A stretch of 64,000 nucleotides of DNA from a virus (lineage: Duplodnaviria > Caudoviricetes). The stretch lies in the IMG/VR virus record IMGVR_UViG_2595698649_000001, positions 83,285-147,284 of that record; one strand, written 5' to 3'. Below, piece after piece: positions 51,510 through 60,778 of the stretch. A model generated the notes under the pieces. It was given only the letters and a program-made list of their open reading frames with translations, ran no database searches and was not told the origin of the DNA. The position numbers were made by a program, and so were the translations under genes. Within the stretch, counting starts at the first letter, position 1; each line of letters begins with the position of its first letter.

Positions 51510-51713
51510 ATGATTGCAGAATTAACATTTATTGATGAGTTGAAGGAAATTAAGAACTCCTTAGGAGTAGGTACAGATAATGCTACCTTTAAATTAATTG
51601 ATACTATTCAGAGGAAGTGGGAAAAACAGGTAGACGATTTTGAGAAAGCAGTGGCACCACAGGATCCTGTAGAAATGACTGAAGTAATGGGTATCACAGG
51701 ACTAGAGGACTAG
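51510..51713 (+). CDS. hypothetical protein
   Basis: SD AAGGA before MIAELTF. Confidence 0.55.
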   Translation: MIAELTFIDELKEIKNSLGVGTDNATFKLIDTIQRKWEKQVDDFEKAVAPQDPVEMTEVMGITGLED

Positions 51714-51766
51714 AACAAAACGAGAACAAATAAAGGCTTGACAAAAGCACTCTTTTATGATAGGAT
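51713..51766 (+). promoter_or_regulatory. GAAC-N7-GAAC box plus sigma70 promoter
   Basis: GAACAAAACGAGAAC 51713-51727; TTGACA 51738 N17 TAGGAT. Confidence 0.75.
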
Positions 51767-51777
51767 ATAGACAATAG

Positions 51778-52155
51778 ATGGCAATAATTTATACACACAA
51801 TACGTCTGGTGCAATAAGACGTTTAAAAAGAAGAAGACCCACTAAAGAATATATGATTGCTTTAGCAAAGCATATCAAGTATTTAAAAAAACTAGGTCTA
51901 AAAGTGAATGATAAAGGTAGAATTGTAATGAAACAAAACCCAAAATATACAACTGTTACATATAACGAGATTTCAAAAGACAGTACGAAAAGACTAGACG
52001 CAGAATACTGGATTAATAAAAAATTTTCAGGTGGTACAAAACCTGTAAATAACTGGCGACTTGAAGAAAGTAAAAATTTTACTATCGCTCCTGCCTACAA
52101 CAAAGGTGCTTATCAAGTAATTACTAAATCTAATGTGAAAGACATAGGTAAGTAG
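51778..52155 (+). CDS. conserved basic hypothetical protein
   Basis: C-terminal TIAPAYNKGAYQVI. Confidence 0.7.
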   Translation: MAIIYTHNTSGAIRRLKRRRPTKEYMIALAKHIKYLKKLGLKVNDKGRIVMKQNPKYTTVTYNEISKDSTKRLDAEYWINKKFSGGTKPVNNWRLEESKNFTIAPAYNKGAYQVITKSNVKDIGK

Positions 52156-52239
52156 TGCGACATCCTGTCACATTTACTTTTCTATTAAAGCATGATAGAG
52201 TTAACAATATATTATTAACAAAAACGAGGAGACTATAAT

Positions 52240-52566
52240 ATGACTACAAAAACTATACAACAAAAAGTTAAAGAGAACGATTTATCTATGCAAGGTATTT
52301 TGAAAGAGTTTAACTCTTACGATAACCCTTTAGACAAAGCTAAATTTCTTAGAGAAATGGGTGGGTTAAATTTACCCTATGATGTGAATTGGGAGAGACT
52401 TGCTCAAGGATATGACGGCACGAAACCTTTTCCTGTCATTAAGAAAGTTGATGAAGATGAAGGTGATGAAGATATCCTTTCTGATAGAGTTTCAATGGAC
52501 TCAGTTGGTCATGCAGAAGCACACGGTGATCCTTTAACTAAAAGGGAATTGGATGCGTTACTTTAG
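52240..52566 (+). CDS. hypothetical protein
   Basis: Strong SD GAGGAG; TGCGACA box at 52156-52172 upstream. Confidence 0.65.
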   Translation: MTTKTIQQKVKENDLSMQGILKEFNSYDNPLDKAKFLREMGGLNLPYDVNWERLAQGYDGTKPFPVIKKVDEDEGDEDILSDRVSMDSVGHAEAHGDPLTKRELDALL

Positions 52567-52903
52567 TATCGCAATAATATTGACAATGTTAACTGGTTGT
52601 GGAAGTATGAATGATAGAACTGTCCACGCCAGTTTATTTGTTGACCATTTAAATAATATGCCTATTGGTAAAACTAATTATTTTATGTGGCACAATAGTG
52701 CCACAGGTAATCAAGGTAATGTTAAGATTGTGAATAGTTATGTACATAAGTCAGGTGCTAAATGTGTTGATTATCAATCTACAGTTAATATACAAGATAG
52801 CTGGCCAATGAATTTTCCTGGTAGTTTAGATAGAAGTACAGAATTTGGTAAGGCATGTCAAATGCCTGATGGCAGATGGAGAATAATAGAGAGGGTAATG
52901 TAA
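52553..52903 (+). CDS. lipoprotein, 17-kDa surface antigen-like
   Basis: LTGC lipobox; WHN..TGNQG..C..Y..GKACQMPDGRWRI. Confidence 0.75.
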   Translation: MRYFSIAIILTMLTGCGSMNDRTVHASLFVDHLNNMPIGKTNYFMWHNSATGNQGNVKIVNSYVHKSGAKCVDYQSTVNIQDSWPMNFPGSLDRSTEFGKACQMPDGRWRIIERVM

Positions 52904-53106
52904 TGACAAAAGAATATAGTTCACATGATTGGAGAAAGAATACAGATGGTGCTATTGTTGAAGATGGTGATTATAGTATGAAAGTAAATGACAGTAGAGT
53001 TATCTTTATTAATCCACACACATTAAAAGAAGAAACAATTGATGTGTCCAGATTGATTAGAGTATTTGTAAACAATCAAACACAAATGAGGAAAAGTATA
53101 AAATGA
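52903..53106 (+). CDS. hypothetical protein
   Basis: HDWRKNTD..VSRLIRVFVNN. Confidence 0.6.
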   Translation: MTKEYSSHDWRKNTDGAIVEDGDYSMKVNDSRVIFINPHTLKEETIDVSRLIRVFVNNQTQMRKSIK

Positions 53107-53224
53107 ATATGTTTTATGGTATAATTGTTTCATTGGCGATACTATTAGTACCTGTTGGTATGATGTATTCAATGAATAAAGAAAAACCAAAAGAGAAGAA
53201 ACCAATTTATAATGATGATACTGT

Positions 53225-53551
53225 ATGAGACAACCAAACTTTAATGTAATGTTTTTTATTGTATTGATATTAGCAATATTAATCTGGTCAGGTGCAATAG
53301 CAAATGACGAGACACCTAAATTCACAAAGAGTAATTGTGTTATAGAAGTTATCTATGATGAAAACATGGAGAACGAAGTCAGTAGAAAAATGATATGTAG
53401 AGACGGTGTTATAGGTCCTACTTACTGGCAACTATTCGCTCAATTTTATTACGGACAGGATAATGTGCCTGCCTACTGTAGAAAAGTTGAAGGCGGTTTA
53501 ATACCTGATACGGTATGTTTAACAAATGAAGGCACGTGGGAGAAACAATGA
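53225..53551 (+). CDS. exported Cys-containing protein
   Basis: Signal peptide, four Cys. Confidence 0.6.
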   Translation: MRQPNFNVMFFIVLILAILIWSGAIANDETPKFTKSNCVIEVIYDENMENEVSRKMICRDGVIGPTYWQLFAQFYYGQDNVPAYCRKVEGGLIPDTVCLTNEGTWEKQ

Positions 53552-53660
53552 AGTTAATCTTTGGTATGATAATAGGTGGTATAATAGTATATCACAATCC
53601 AGATATTGGGTTTGATATATACCATAACTCAATAGAGTATATAAGAGAGGTGATAAAAAA

Positions 53661-54254
53661 ATGAATAAAATAATAATAATGATTTTACTAGGTCTGTTAG
53701 TTACAGGTTGTGCTAAGACAGTAAAAATTGAACATGAAGGACAGACCAAGTCTGGTATGTTAGAAGAAGTACCTAAATGGTTTGTAGAAAAAGAAGGTAA
53801 GAAAGGTCTCTTTAATAAGAAAGACAAGTTTTATCTTTATGGTGTAGGTGTGGCGACAAGTCCAGATTTACAACTTGCAATGGACAAAGCAACAATGGTA
53901 GCGAAAGCTGACTTAGCAGATGTAATGCATGGTGAAATGAATAAGAATGCTAATGTGTTTATACAAGAACTAGGACAAGAAGGTTCTAAAATTATAAACT
54001 CTAAAGCAGAGTCCACAATTGTAAACATAATTAAACAAACTAAAGTACAAGGTTATGAACAATGGCAGATTGCTGTATCTATAACTGGAGACAATGAGTA
54101 TAGAGTTTACATGGGTTTACAGTTACCGTTAGGTGAGTTAAACAAGTTAGCGGAACTGGTAAAAGCAGAAGCTAAAAAAGATATAAATATGGCAGAAGCT
54201 AATATTAAAGCGAATGACGCTATAGAAAGTTTAACAGAAATAGCAACGGAGTAA
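53661..54254 (+). CDS. LPP20-like lipoprotein
   Basis: VTGC lipobox; VPKWF..YGVG.A.S.DLQLAMDKA. Confidence 0.7.
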   Translation: MNKIIIMILLGLLVTGCAKTVKIEHEGQTKSGMLEEVPKWFVEKEGKKGLFNKKDKFYLYGVGVATSPDLQLAMDKATMVAKADLADVMHGEMNKNANVFIQELGQEGSKIINSKAESTIVNIIKQTKVQGYEQWQIAVSITGDNEYRVYMGLQLPLGELNKLAELVKAEAKKDINMAEANIKANDAIESLTEIATE

Positions 54255-54257
54255 ATA

Positions 54258-54518
54258 ATGTATAAAGTATTTTCAAAAGATAATTGTGTCTATTGCACAA
54301 AGGCAAAGTCCTTACTCAATAGTATAAATTTACCTTTTGAGGAACATAAACTGTCGCCTACTTTTACACCAGATAAAATGTTTGAAATGATAGGCAAACA
54401 AGTACGGTCTATGCCTCAAATTATGAAAGATGATGAGTTGATTGGTGGTTATACTGATTTGCGAGAACATCTAATAAATGAAGGTAAAATCAATTTTCAA
54501 GGTGAAACCAAGGAATAA
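54258..54518 (+). CDS. nrdC: glutaredoxin
   Basis: CVYC, SMPQI, IGGYTDL. Confidence 0.92.
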   Translation: MYKVFSKDNCVYCTKAKSLLNSINLPFEEHKLSPTFTPDKMFEMIGKQVRSMPQIMKDDELIGGYTDLREHLINEGKINFQGETKE

Positions 54519-54568
54519 AGATTGGTGTACCAACCCAGGACGGACAAAATCAAAGAGAGTGATACTAG

Positions 54569-55030
54569 ATGACAGCGAAAATTTTATCGTTTCCAGAAGG
54601 AAAACATATACCTAATCTGACCAGAGAACAGAAAAAACCTGTAGAAGAAAAGATAGCGGAAGAACAAACAAAGAAATACGCTAATGCAGTTGCTGATGAT
54701 ATGGTCATTGGAATGTTGTCACAGTTACAACAAGAGGGTATGAACATTGGTTTACGAGATCCAAAGTTAAGTAATAAAACTTTCTTAGATTTAGGTATCT
54801 TTATGGAGGCATTAAAAGGTTTATTGTATAGAGAACTAAATTTAGAACACCCTTTCCATGAGATAACTGATAATCTTATGTTTAAACAGAAAGATGAAAA
54901 ATCAGGTAGGACATTTTCAGTAATTGATTATGAAGGCAAAAGAATTTGTGACAAAAATGATGAAGACGAAATTGAATTTGAAGGAGAAAATTTAGATGAT
55001 ACTGATAGACTACAGCCAGATAGCGATTAG
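54569..55030 (+). CDS. hypothetical protein
   Basis: ORF upstream of rnh; AKILSFP N-terminus. Confidence 0.65.
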   Translation: MTAKILSFPEGKHIPNLTREQKKPVEEKIAEEQTKKYANAVADDMVIGMLSQLQQEGMNIGLRDPKLSNKTFLDLGIFMEALKGLLYRELNLEHPFHEITDNLMFKQKDEKSGRTFSVIDYEGKRICDKNDEDEIEFEGENLDDTDRLQPDSD

Positions 55031-55883
55031 TAATATCGCTGTACAATTGGCAATGAGTAAAGACAAGATGACCTTGTCTATACCAATTGTAAGACATATG
55101 ATACTAAACTCTATTAGAGGATTAGTACACAGATTTAAACAAGACTATCCAGGTGATGTTGTCATTGCAGTTGACGGACCGGCACCTTGGCGTAGAGATA
55201 TATTTCCACACTACAAAGCAAAACGAAGGGAAGGGCGAGACGAATCCAAAACTGATTGGGAAAGTGTATTTGGTTTAATACACATAATCAAAGAAGAAAT
55301 ACGAGACAACTTCCATTATAAAGTTGTACAATTAGATAATGTTGAAGCAGATGATATTATTGCTGTACTATGTAAAAAAGAACAGACAGGTGTAAACATT
55401 GCTAAAAACGAAAAGATTTTAATTATATCAGGTGACAAAGACTTTCAACAACTTCAAAAGTATCCAAATGTATCACAGTATGCACCTATACAAAAGAAGA
55501 TGATAGAAACACAAAATCCACAAGAGTATATCTTTGAGCATATAATGAGAGGTGATACCTCTGATGGCATACCTAACTTCTTGTCACCAGACGATACCTT
55601 TGTAAATAAGATTAAACAAAAACCTATACAAAAGAAAAAATTATCATATTGGATTGACACTTTAATGAAAGGTGAGGATCCTAAGACTTTCTGTAATGAA
55701 TATCACTATAGAAACTACCAAAGAAACCAAAGACTAATTGACTTTGACTATATTCCAGACGATATGGAAGAAGACATATATAATACATACAAAAACATTA
55801 AGGTACAATCTAAACAAAAGATATTACCTTATTTAATTAATAACGATTTGAAAGAATTGATTGGCAAAATAGAGGAGTTTTAA
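54996..55883 (+). CDS. rnh: T4-type RNase H (5'-3' exonuclease)
   Basis: WRRDIFPHYKAKR, EADDII, SGDKDFQQL, GDTSDGIPN. Confidence 0.95.
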   Translation: MILIDYSQIAISNIAVQLAMSKDKMTLSIPIVRHMILNSIRGLVHRFKQDYPGDVVIAVDGPAPWRRDIFPHYKAKRREGRDESKTDWESVFGLIHIIKEEIRDNFHYKVVQLDNVEADDIIAVLCKKEQTGVNIAKNEKILIISGDKDFQQLQKYPNVSQYAPIQKKMIETQNPQEYIFEHIMRGDTSDGIPNFLSPDDTFVNKIKQKPIQKKKLSYWIDTLMKGEDPKTFCNEYHYRNYQRNQRLIDFDYIPDDMEEDIYNTYKNIKVQSKQKILPYLINNDLKELIGKIEEF

Positions 55884-55884
55884 A

Positions 55885-56346
55885 ATGGCTGAACCAATGT
55901 ATCAATTATCATTCCATGAAATATTAACAAAGGTTAATAATGCGAAAGATAAAAACAAGAAAATAGAAGTGTTGAATAAGTACGACACTAAAGAATTAAG
56001 AATGTTAATGAAGTTAGCATTTGATAAGAAATTAGTATGGAAGTTACCAGAAGATAACCCACCGTATAAAGCAAACGAAGCACCACTAGGTACTGAGGGA
56101 CATATATGGTTAAAGGCAGAGGTAAGAAAACTGTTTCATTTCTTAGAAGGTGGTAACCCACAACTAAAACAATTGAAAAGAGAAGCTATGTTTATAGAAA
56201 CACTTGAAGCATTAAGTGAAGAAGAAGCAAAGTTACTTTTACAAATCAAAGATAGAGAACTAAACAAAATTTACAAAGGTTTGACGGAGAATTTAGTAAA
56301 AGAAGCGTTCAATTGGGACGACAATTTTATGAGAATTAATAAGTAA
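55885..56346 (+). CDS. conserved T4-like hypothetical protein
   Basis: LPEDNPPY..KREAMFIETLEAL..EAKLL. Confidence 0.7.
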   Translation: MAEPMYQLSFHEILTKVNNAKDKNKKIEVLNKYDTKELRMLMKLAFDKKLVWKLPEDNPPYKANEAPLGTEGHIWLKAEVRKLFHFLEGGNPQLKQLKREAMFIETLEALSEEEAKLLLQIKDRELNKIYKGLTENLVKEAFNWDDNFMRINK

Positions 56347-56347
56347 C

Positions 56348-56946
56348 ATGGAAATATATTCCTTGTATGCAAGACCATTGGCTGTTACACAGATAAAGGA
56401 ACATATACCAAAAGTTGAAGTCATACAAAATTGTACCAGTTGGAGTAATTACGATAACCTTGGTGAATACTCTAATGATAAAAAAATATTATCAAAGTTT
56501 CCTGAATTACAAAAAGTAATTACAGAAAAGGTACAAGAGTATAACGACCATGTAATGACTTATACTGACAATGAGGTTCAGTTAATAAGTTCCTGGGCAA
56601 CAAAGTATCAACCTGGTTATCAAGGCAACTTACATAACCATGACAATACAATGTACTCAGTTGTATTCTATCCTGTATCTGGTGGATCCAATATTACATT
56701 TATTGATTATAATAATAAGTGGCAATGGTATGTACGACCAAAAAAATTAATCATTTTAATCAACAAAGACTTACCATAACTCCTGAGGCAGGAATGTTAG
56801 TTATATTCCCTGGATTTGCTCATCATAAGGTTGATGTAAATGCAGATAATCAAAGTAGATATTCTATTGTGGCAAACTATACTATCACAGGACCTGTAGG
56901 ATATGACGATACTAGCTGGCATAATACAGGACATGCGACAGAATAG
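56348..56946 (+). CDS. 2OG-Fe(II) oxygenase split by an apparent frameshift in A-run 56740-56746
   Basis: SWAT..HNHDN..SVVFY in ORF 1; PEAGMLVIFPG..HKV..RYSIVAN in ORF 2. Confidence 0.8.
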
Positions 56947-57031
56947 CACACTTTTATTTCATAAACCGTTGATTTATAAAGGTTTTATTATACCTTTTTT
57001 ACTTGACTTTTGCTTGTTTTTAGTGTATATT
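56934..57031 (+). promoter_or_regulatory. compound promoter: TGCGACA box, IHF-like site, sigma70 promoter
   Basis: TGCGACAGAATAGCACA 56934-56950; TAAACCGTTGATT 56962-56974; TTGACT 57003 N17 TATATT. Confidence 0.7.
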
Positions 57032-57066
57032 ATAAGTATATTAACAAGAAAACGAAAGGTTATATT

Positions 57067-57297
57067 ATGAGTAAAGTTAAAAACATGGCGTGGGACAACG
57101 CTGAAGAACAATCTGATAAGATTATTAACAACTATTGTATTGGTGCTATTGACGAAGCAACTGCTACAAAACAATTGAAAGATGTTGACAACCTATCATT
57201 GTGTGGTATTGATGAGGACAATGTAGATGAAGTCCTTGATATTGCAAAAAAAGAATATGGTGCTAAATTATTATATAAAAACGAATATCTTAGATAA
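57067..57297 (+). CDS. small early hypothetical protein
   Basis: MSKVKNMAWD; SD AAAGG. Confidence 0.65.
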   Translation: MSKVKNMAWDNAEEQSDKIINNYCIGAIDEATATKQLKDVDNLSLCGIDEDNVDEVLDIAKKEYGAKLLYKNEYLR

Positions 57298-57300
57298 TAT

Positions 57301-57735
57301 ATGGCAAGAAAAAAGATAGATAGATTAGCAGAAAACTTTAACAAAAAGTTTCCATATTATCCTACACTTACAGACGCTGAGCTGTGGTTTGATATACTAA
57401 ATAATATTATCTTTAAAAGAAAACTACCGTCTTTTGATAGTATATCTATTAGAAGATTAAGAGGTGCTGTTGGTCAAGTAGTATTTAATGACCAATCAGA
57501 AAAGCGAAAAAAGAAACCTAGAGAATGTCATTTAGAATTACATTATAAAATGAAATCCTTTGACACTTTTTTACAAGTGTTAGGACATGAAATGGTACAT
57601 CTATGGCAATATTATGCGTTAGAAGATAACAGTTGTAACCACAACATTGATTTCTACAAATGGCGTAGAACGTTTGGTGCAAATGGTATTAAACTAACAC
57701 TTACTATTGACAATGATACAACTAATATTGACTAA
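57301..57735 (+). CDS. SprT-like zinc metalloprotease
   Basis: LGHEMVHLWQ..H..F. Confidence 0.8.
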   Translation: MARKKIDRLAENFNKKFPYYPTLTDAELWFDILNNIIFKRKLPSFDSISIRRLRGAVGQVVFNDQSEKRKKKPRECHLELHYKMKSFDTFLQVLGHEMVHLWQYYALEDNSCNHNIDFYKWRRTFGANGIKLTLTIDNDTTNID

Positions 57736-57744
57736 GGAGGTCTT

Positions 57745-58377
57745 ATGAAAATATTTTCAACTATATTATTACTAATTGCTGGTGTGTTTATGTGGAACGC
57801 AGTAGCAAAAGAAAAAGAACAACCGTGTACAGATGATGGTTGTAAAGAATTTATTGTACAACAGATTACATATGAGGAGATAGAAGACTTTCCTAATGTT
57901 TTACCTGTTATTAATACAGAAACAAAATCTCAGTTTGTTTATACACTATCAAAATGTATAGACAAAATTTATGAGACAACAGATATTTCAAAACAAATAC
58001 CTAAAGAACTAATCATTGCTCAAGCGGCATTAGAGACAGGTTGGGGTAAAAGTAGATTTGCCAACGAAGGTAATAATCTATTTGGTATTAGAACTTTCAA
58101 CAAAGATAGTAAATGGTTATTACCAATTACATGGGACCAAACAAAGTGGATTGGTTGGGGTGTTAAAGTTTATGAAACTAGATGTAATAGTGTAAAGGAC
58201 TATGTAAGGATCCTTAACGAAGTATTTGCTTATGAAGAATTTAGAGAAGCAAGAAGCAACGGTGCAAATGTATACCAACTTGCTGATACTCTAACGAAGT
58301 ATGCGACAAAAAAGAACTATACATCACTAATTAAACAAGTTATTAAACATAATATAGTAGGTGTCTATGAACTCTAA
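57745..58377 (+). CDS. GH73 glucosaminidase (Bax-like) with signal or anchor sequence
   Basis: IAQAALETGWGKSRFA..NNLFGI, YAT. Confidence 0.88.
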   Translation: MKIFSTILLLIAGVFMWNAVAKEKEQPCTDDGCKEFIVQQITYEEIEDFPNVLPVINTETKSQFVYTLSKCIDKIYETTDISKQIPKELIIAQAALETGWGKSRFANEGNNLFGIRTFNKDSKWLLPITWDQTKWIGWGVKVYETRCNSVKDYVRILNEVFAYEEFREARSNGANVYQLADTLTKYATKKNYTSLIKQVIKHNIVGVYEL

Positions 58378-58510
58378 AGAAGAATTATACTGGAAACGTG
58401 TTGACGCTCTAAGAGCATATTTAAAAAAGGTTGACAAAAAGTTGCCGGTGATGTATAATATGTTTAGATTAAAATTAATTAAGTTAATGGAAAAAGTGAA
58501 GGAGTTTTAG
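58367..58510 (+). CDS. 47-aa hypothetical protein (not in ORF track)
   Basis: MNSKEELYWKRVDALR..; fills the gap with overlaps at both ends. Confidence 0.45.
   Translation: MNSKEELYWKRVDALRAYLKKVDKKLPVMYNMFRLKLIKLMEKVKEF
58431..58459 (+). promoter_or_regulatory. sigma70-type promoter
   Basis: TTGACA-N17-TATAAT. Confidence 0.7.
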
Positions 58511-59067
58511 TGAATATATTTTATTTGAACCACGATACAAAGACATGTGCTGAACAGCATGTAGATAAACACGTTGTAAAGATGATTGTAGAATACGCTC
58601 AATTATTATCTACAGCACATAGAATGCTAGACGGTAAAGAGATTGAAGGTAGAAGTAAGACAGGTAGAAAAGTGAAACGTTATATTATGGAAGATAAAAG
58701 AGAAGACATTATATACAAAGCAGTACACTACCACCACCCTAGTGCTGTATGGGCAAGAGAAACTAAAATGCAGTATCTATGGTTATATGATTTGTTTAAA
58801 AAACTAGGACAAGAGTACACTCACAGATATGGTAAAGTACATAGTACAAACTTTAAACTGAATGAGATACTGGCAAATGCACCTAACAATATTAAACAAG
58901 ACGGTTGGCGAGAACCTACACCGGCAATGTCACACTATCCTCAATGTATAGTACCAAATGATAGTATTGCTAGTTACAAAAATTATTATGTAGAAGCAAA
59001 AGCATATTTTGCCAAATGGTCTAAACGTGACGTACCAGCCTGGTACGCTGCCAGAATAACAGCATAA
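58510..59067 (+). CDS. pyrimidine-dimer DNA glycosylase (DenV-related) family protein
   Basis: MNIFYL..HVDKHVVKMIVEYAQLLSTAH..HPSAVW..EYTHRYGKVH. Confidence 0.75.
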   Translation: MNIFYLNHDTKTCAEQHVDKHVVKMIVEYAQLLSTAHRMLDGKEIEGRSKTGRKVKRYIMEDKREDIIYKAVHYHHPSAVWARETKMQYLWLYDLFKKLGQEYTHRYGKVHSTNFKLNEILANAPNNIKQDGWREPTPAMSHYPQCIVPNDSIASYKNYYVEAKAYFAKWSKRDVPAWYAARITA

Positions 59068-59075
59068 ATAAACAT

Positions 59076-59390
59076 ATGCCAACATATACATTTAGAAATA
59101 AAAAGACAGATGAAGAATGGACTGATTTGATGTCCATATCTGAAATGGAAGAATACTTAGAAAAGAATAAAAGAAAAATAGGTCTTGTACCGGCTGCACC
59201 ACTTATAGTAGGTAGTGTAGGTCAACTTGATAGTAAAACTGATAGTGGTTGGAAAGACATGTTAGGAAGAGTTGCAGAAGCACATCCAGAAAGTGCTCTT
59301 GCTGATAGATATGGTAAAAAAGACCACAAAACATTAAAGATAAAAGACACTATTAAAAAACATAGGAAAAGAGCAAAAGGTAAAATCTAA
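59076..59390 (+). CDS. FmdB-like small protein
   Basis: MPTYTFRN; CATAAATA upstream. Confidence 0.65.
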   Translation: MPTYTFRNKKTDEEWTDLMSISEMEEYLEKNKRKIGLVPAAPLIVGSVGQLDSKTDSGWKDMLGRVAEAHPESALADRYGKKDHKTLKIKDTIKKHRKRAKGKI

Positions 59391-59498
59391 ATAGTCTAAA
59401 TAGTTATATGATAGTTAACAGCACTAAGTTGTAGGGATATCATATAACCCAAAGATTGTAAGCTGAGTTAACACATAATCCGTAAGTGAAGGAATATT

Positions 59499-60218
59499 AT
59501 GGCAAGTAAAAAGAAACAGTTGGAAATATCATTAAAGGATTTAAATGATATTAAACCAATCACAGATAATCAGAAGGAAGTTTTCAATAACTTCGCTGAC
59601 AAAAATTTATTCCTATATGGTGTAGCAGGAACTGGTAAAACTTTCGTAGCGTTATATAATGCTTTGAAAGATGTTCTGGATCCTAAATCACCTAGAGAAA
59701 GAGTATATATTGTCCGTTCTATCATACCAACAAGAGACATAGGTTTCTTACCTGGTGATGAGGAAGACAAATCATACTTATACCAAACACCTTACCAGAA
59801 CATGGTTAGGTTTATGTTTAAAAGAGGTAGTGACGCTGAGTTTGATAGACTATATAATGACCTAAGAAATCAAGGCACAATTGATTTTCTTACTACTTCC
59901 TTTTTAAGAGGTGTAACAATAGATAATGGCGTTATAATTGTAGATGAATGTCAAAACTTAAATTTCCATGAGTTAGATACAATAATGACCAGAGTAGGGC
60001 AAGATAGTAAAATTGTCTTCGCTGGTGATATGCAACAAACTGACTTAACGAAAACACAAGACCGTAATGGCATCCTAGACTTTGTGAATATACTTCAGCA
60101 AATGCCTGAAGTAAATTGCATTGAATTTGATTTGAATGATATAGTGAGAAGTGGATTAATCAAATCATATTTAATAAACAAAATAAAGTTAGGATTGCAC
60201 TATGAGCAACAAATTTAA
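59499..60218 (+). CDS. phoH: PhoH-like ATPase
   Basis: GVAGTGKT, IGFLPG, FLRGVT, DECQN, GDMQQTD, IVRSGL. Confidence 0.95.
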   Translation: MASKKKQLEISLKDLNDIKPITDNQKEVFNNFADKNLFLYGVAGTGKTFVALYNALKDVLDPKSPRERVYIVRSIIPTRDIGFLPGDEEDKSYLYQTPYQNMVRFMFKRGSDAEFDRLYNDLRNQGTIDFLTTSFLRGVTIDNGVIIVDECQNLNFHELDTIMTRVGQDSKIVFAGDMQQTDLTKTQDRNGILDFVNILQQMPEVNCIEFDLNDIVRSGLIKSYLINKIKLGLHYEQQI

Positions 60219-60714
60219 AGAAGCGTTAGAAATAATACTACACCACGAAGGTGGTTATGTAAACCACCCTAAAGACCCAGGTGGTGAAACAAACCTAGGT
60301 GTTACAAAAAGAGTTTATGAAGAATTTGGTGGTACTAAGGATATGAAAGACCTTACACATGAAGATGTGGCACCAATCTACAAAAAAGGTTATTGGGACA
60401 AATGTAAATGTGATGATTTGCCATCAGGTTTAGACCTGTGTGTATTTGACTTTGCTGTCAATGCAGGTCCAGGTAGAGCGGCAAAGTATTTACAATCTTG
60501 TGTAGGTGCCTTACCAATAGATGGTGGCATAGGTCCTATGACGTTAGCAAAAGTCAACGAATATGTTGAGAAGTTTAACGTGGAATATGCTGTAGAAAAC
60601 TACCAAAAGAATAGACAAAATTATTACGAAGAACTATCCACATTTGCCACATTTGGCAGAGGTTGGACTAGACGTGTAGAAGAAACTACTGAGACAGCAA
60701 AATCTTGGATATAA
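60202..60714 (+). CDS. GH108 lysozyme (probable endolysin)
   Basis: HEGGYVNHPKDPGGETNLGVT, FDFAVNAG, GRGWTRR. Confidence 0.93.
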   Translation: MSNKFKEALEIILHHEGGYVNHPKDPGGETNLGVTKRVYEEFGGTKDMKDLTHEDVAPIYKKGYWDKCKCDDLPSGLDLCVFDFAVNAGPGRAAKYLQSCVGALPIDGGIGPMTLAKVNEYVEKFNVEYAVENYQKNRQNYYEELSTFATFGRGWTRRVEETTETAKSWI

Positions 60715-60718
60715 GAGC

Positions 60719-60747
60719 TTGACTTTCCTGTAGGATTGTGATATAAT
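60719..60747 (+). promoter_or_regulatory. sigma70-type promoter
   Basis: TTGACT-N17-TATAAT. Confidence 0.85.
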
Positions 60748-60778
60748 AGAGTTTGAATAGTTAAAAAAAAGGATTATT

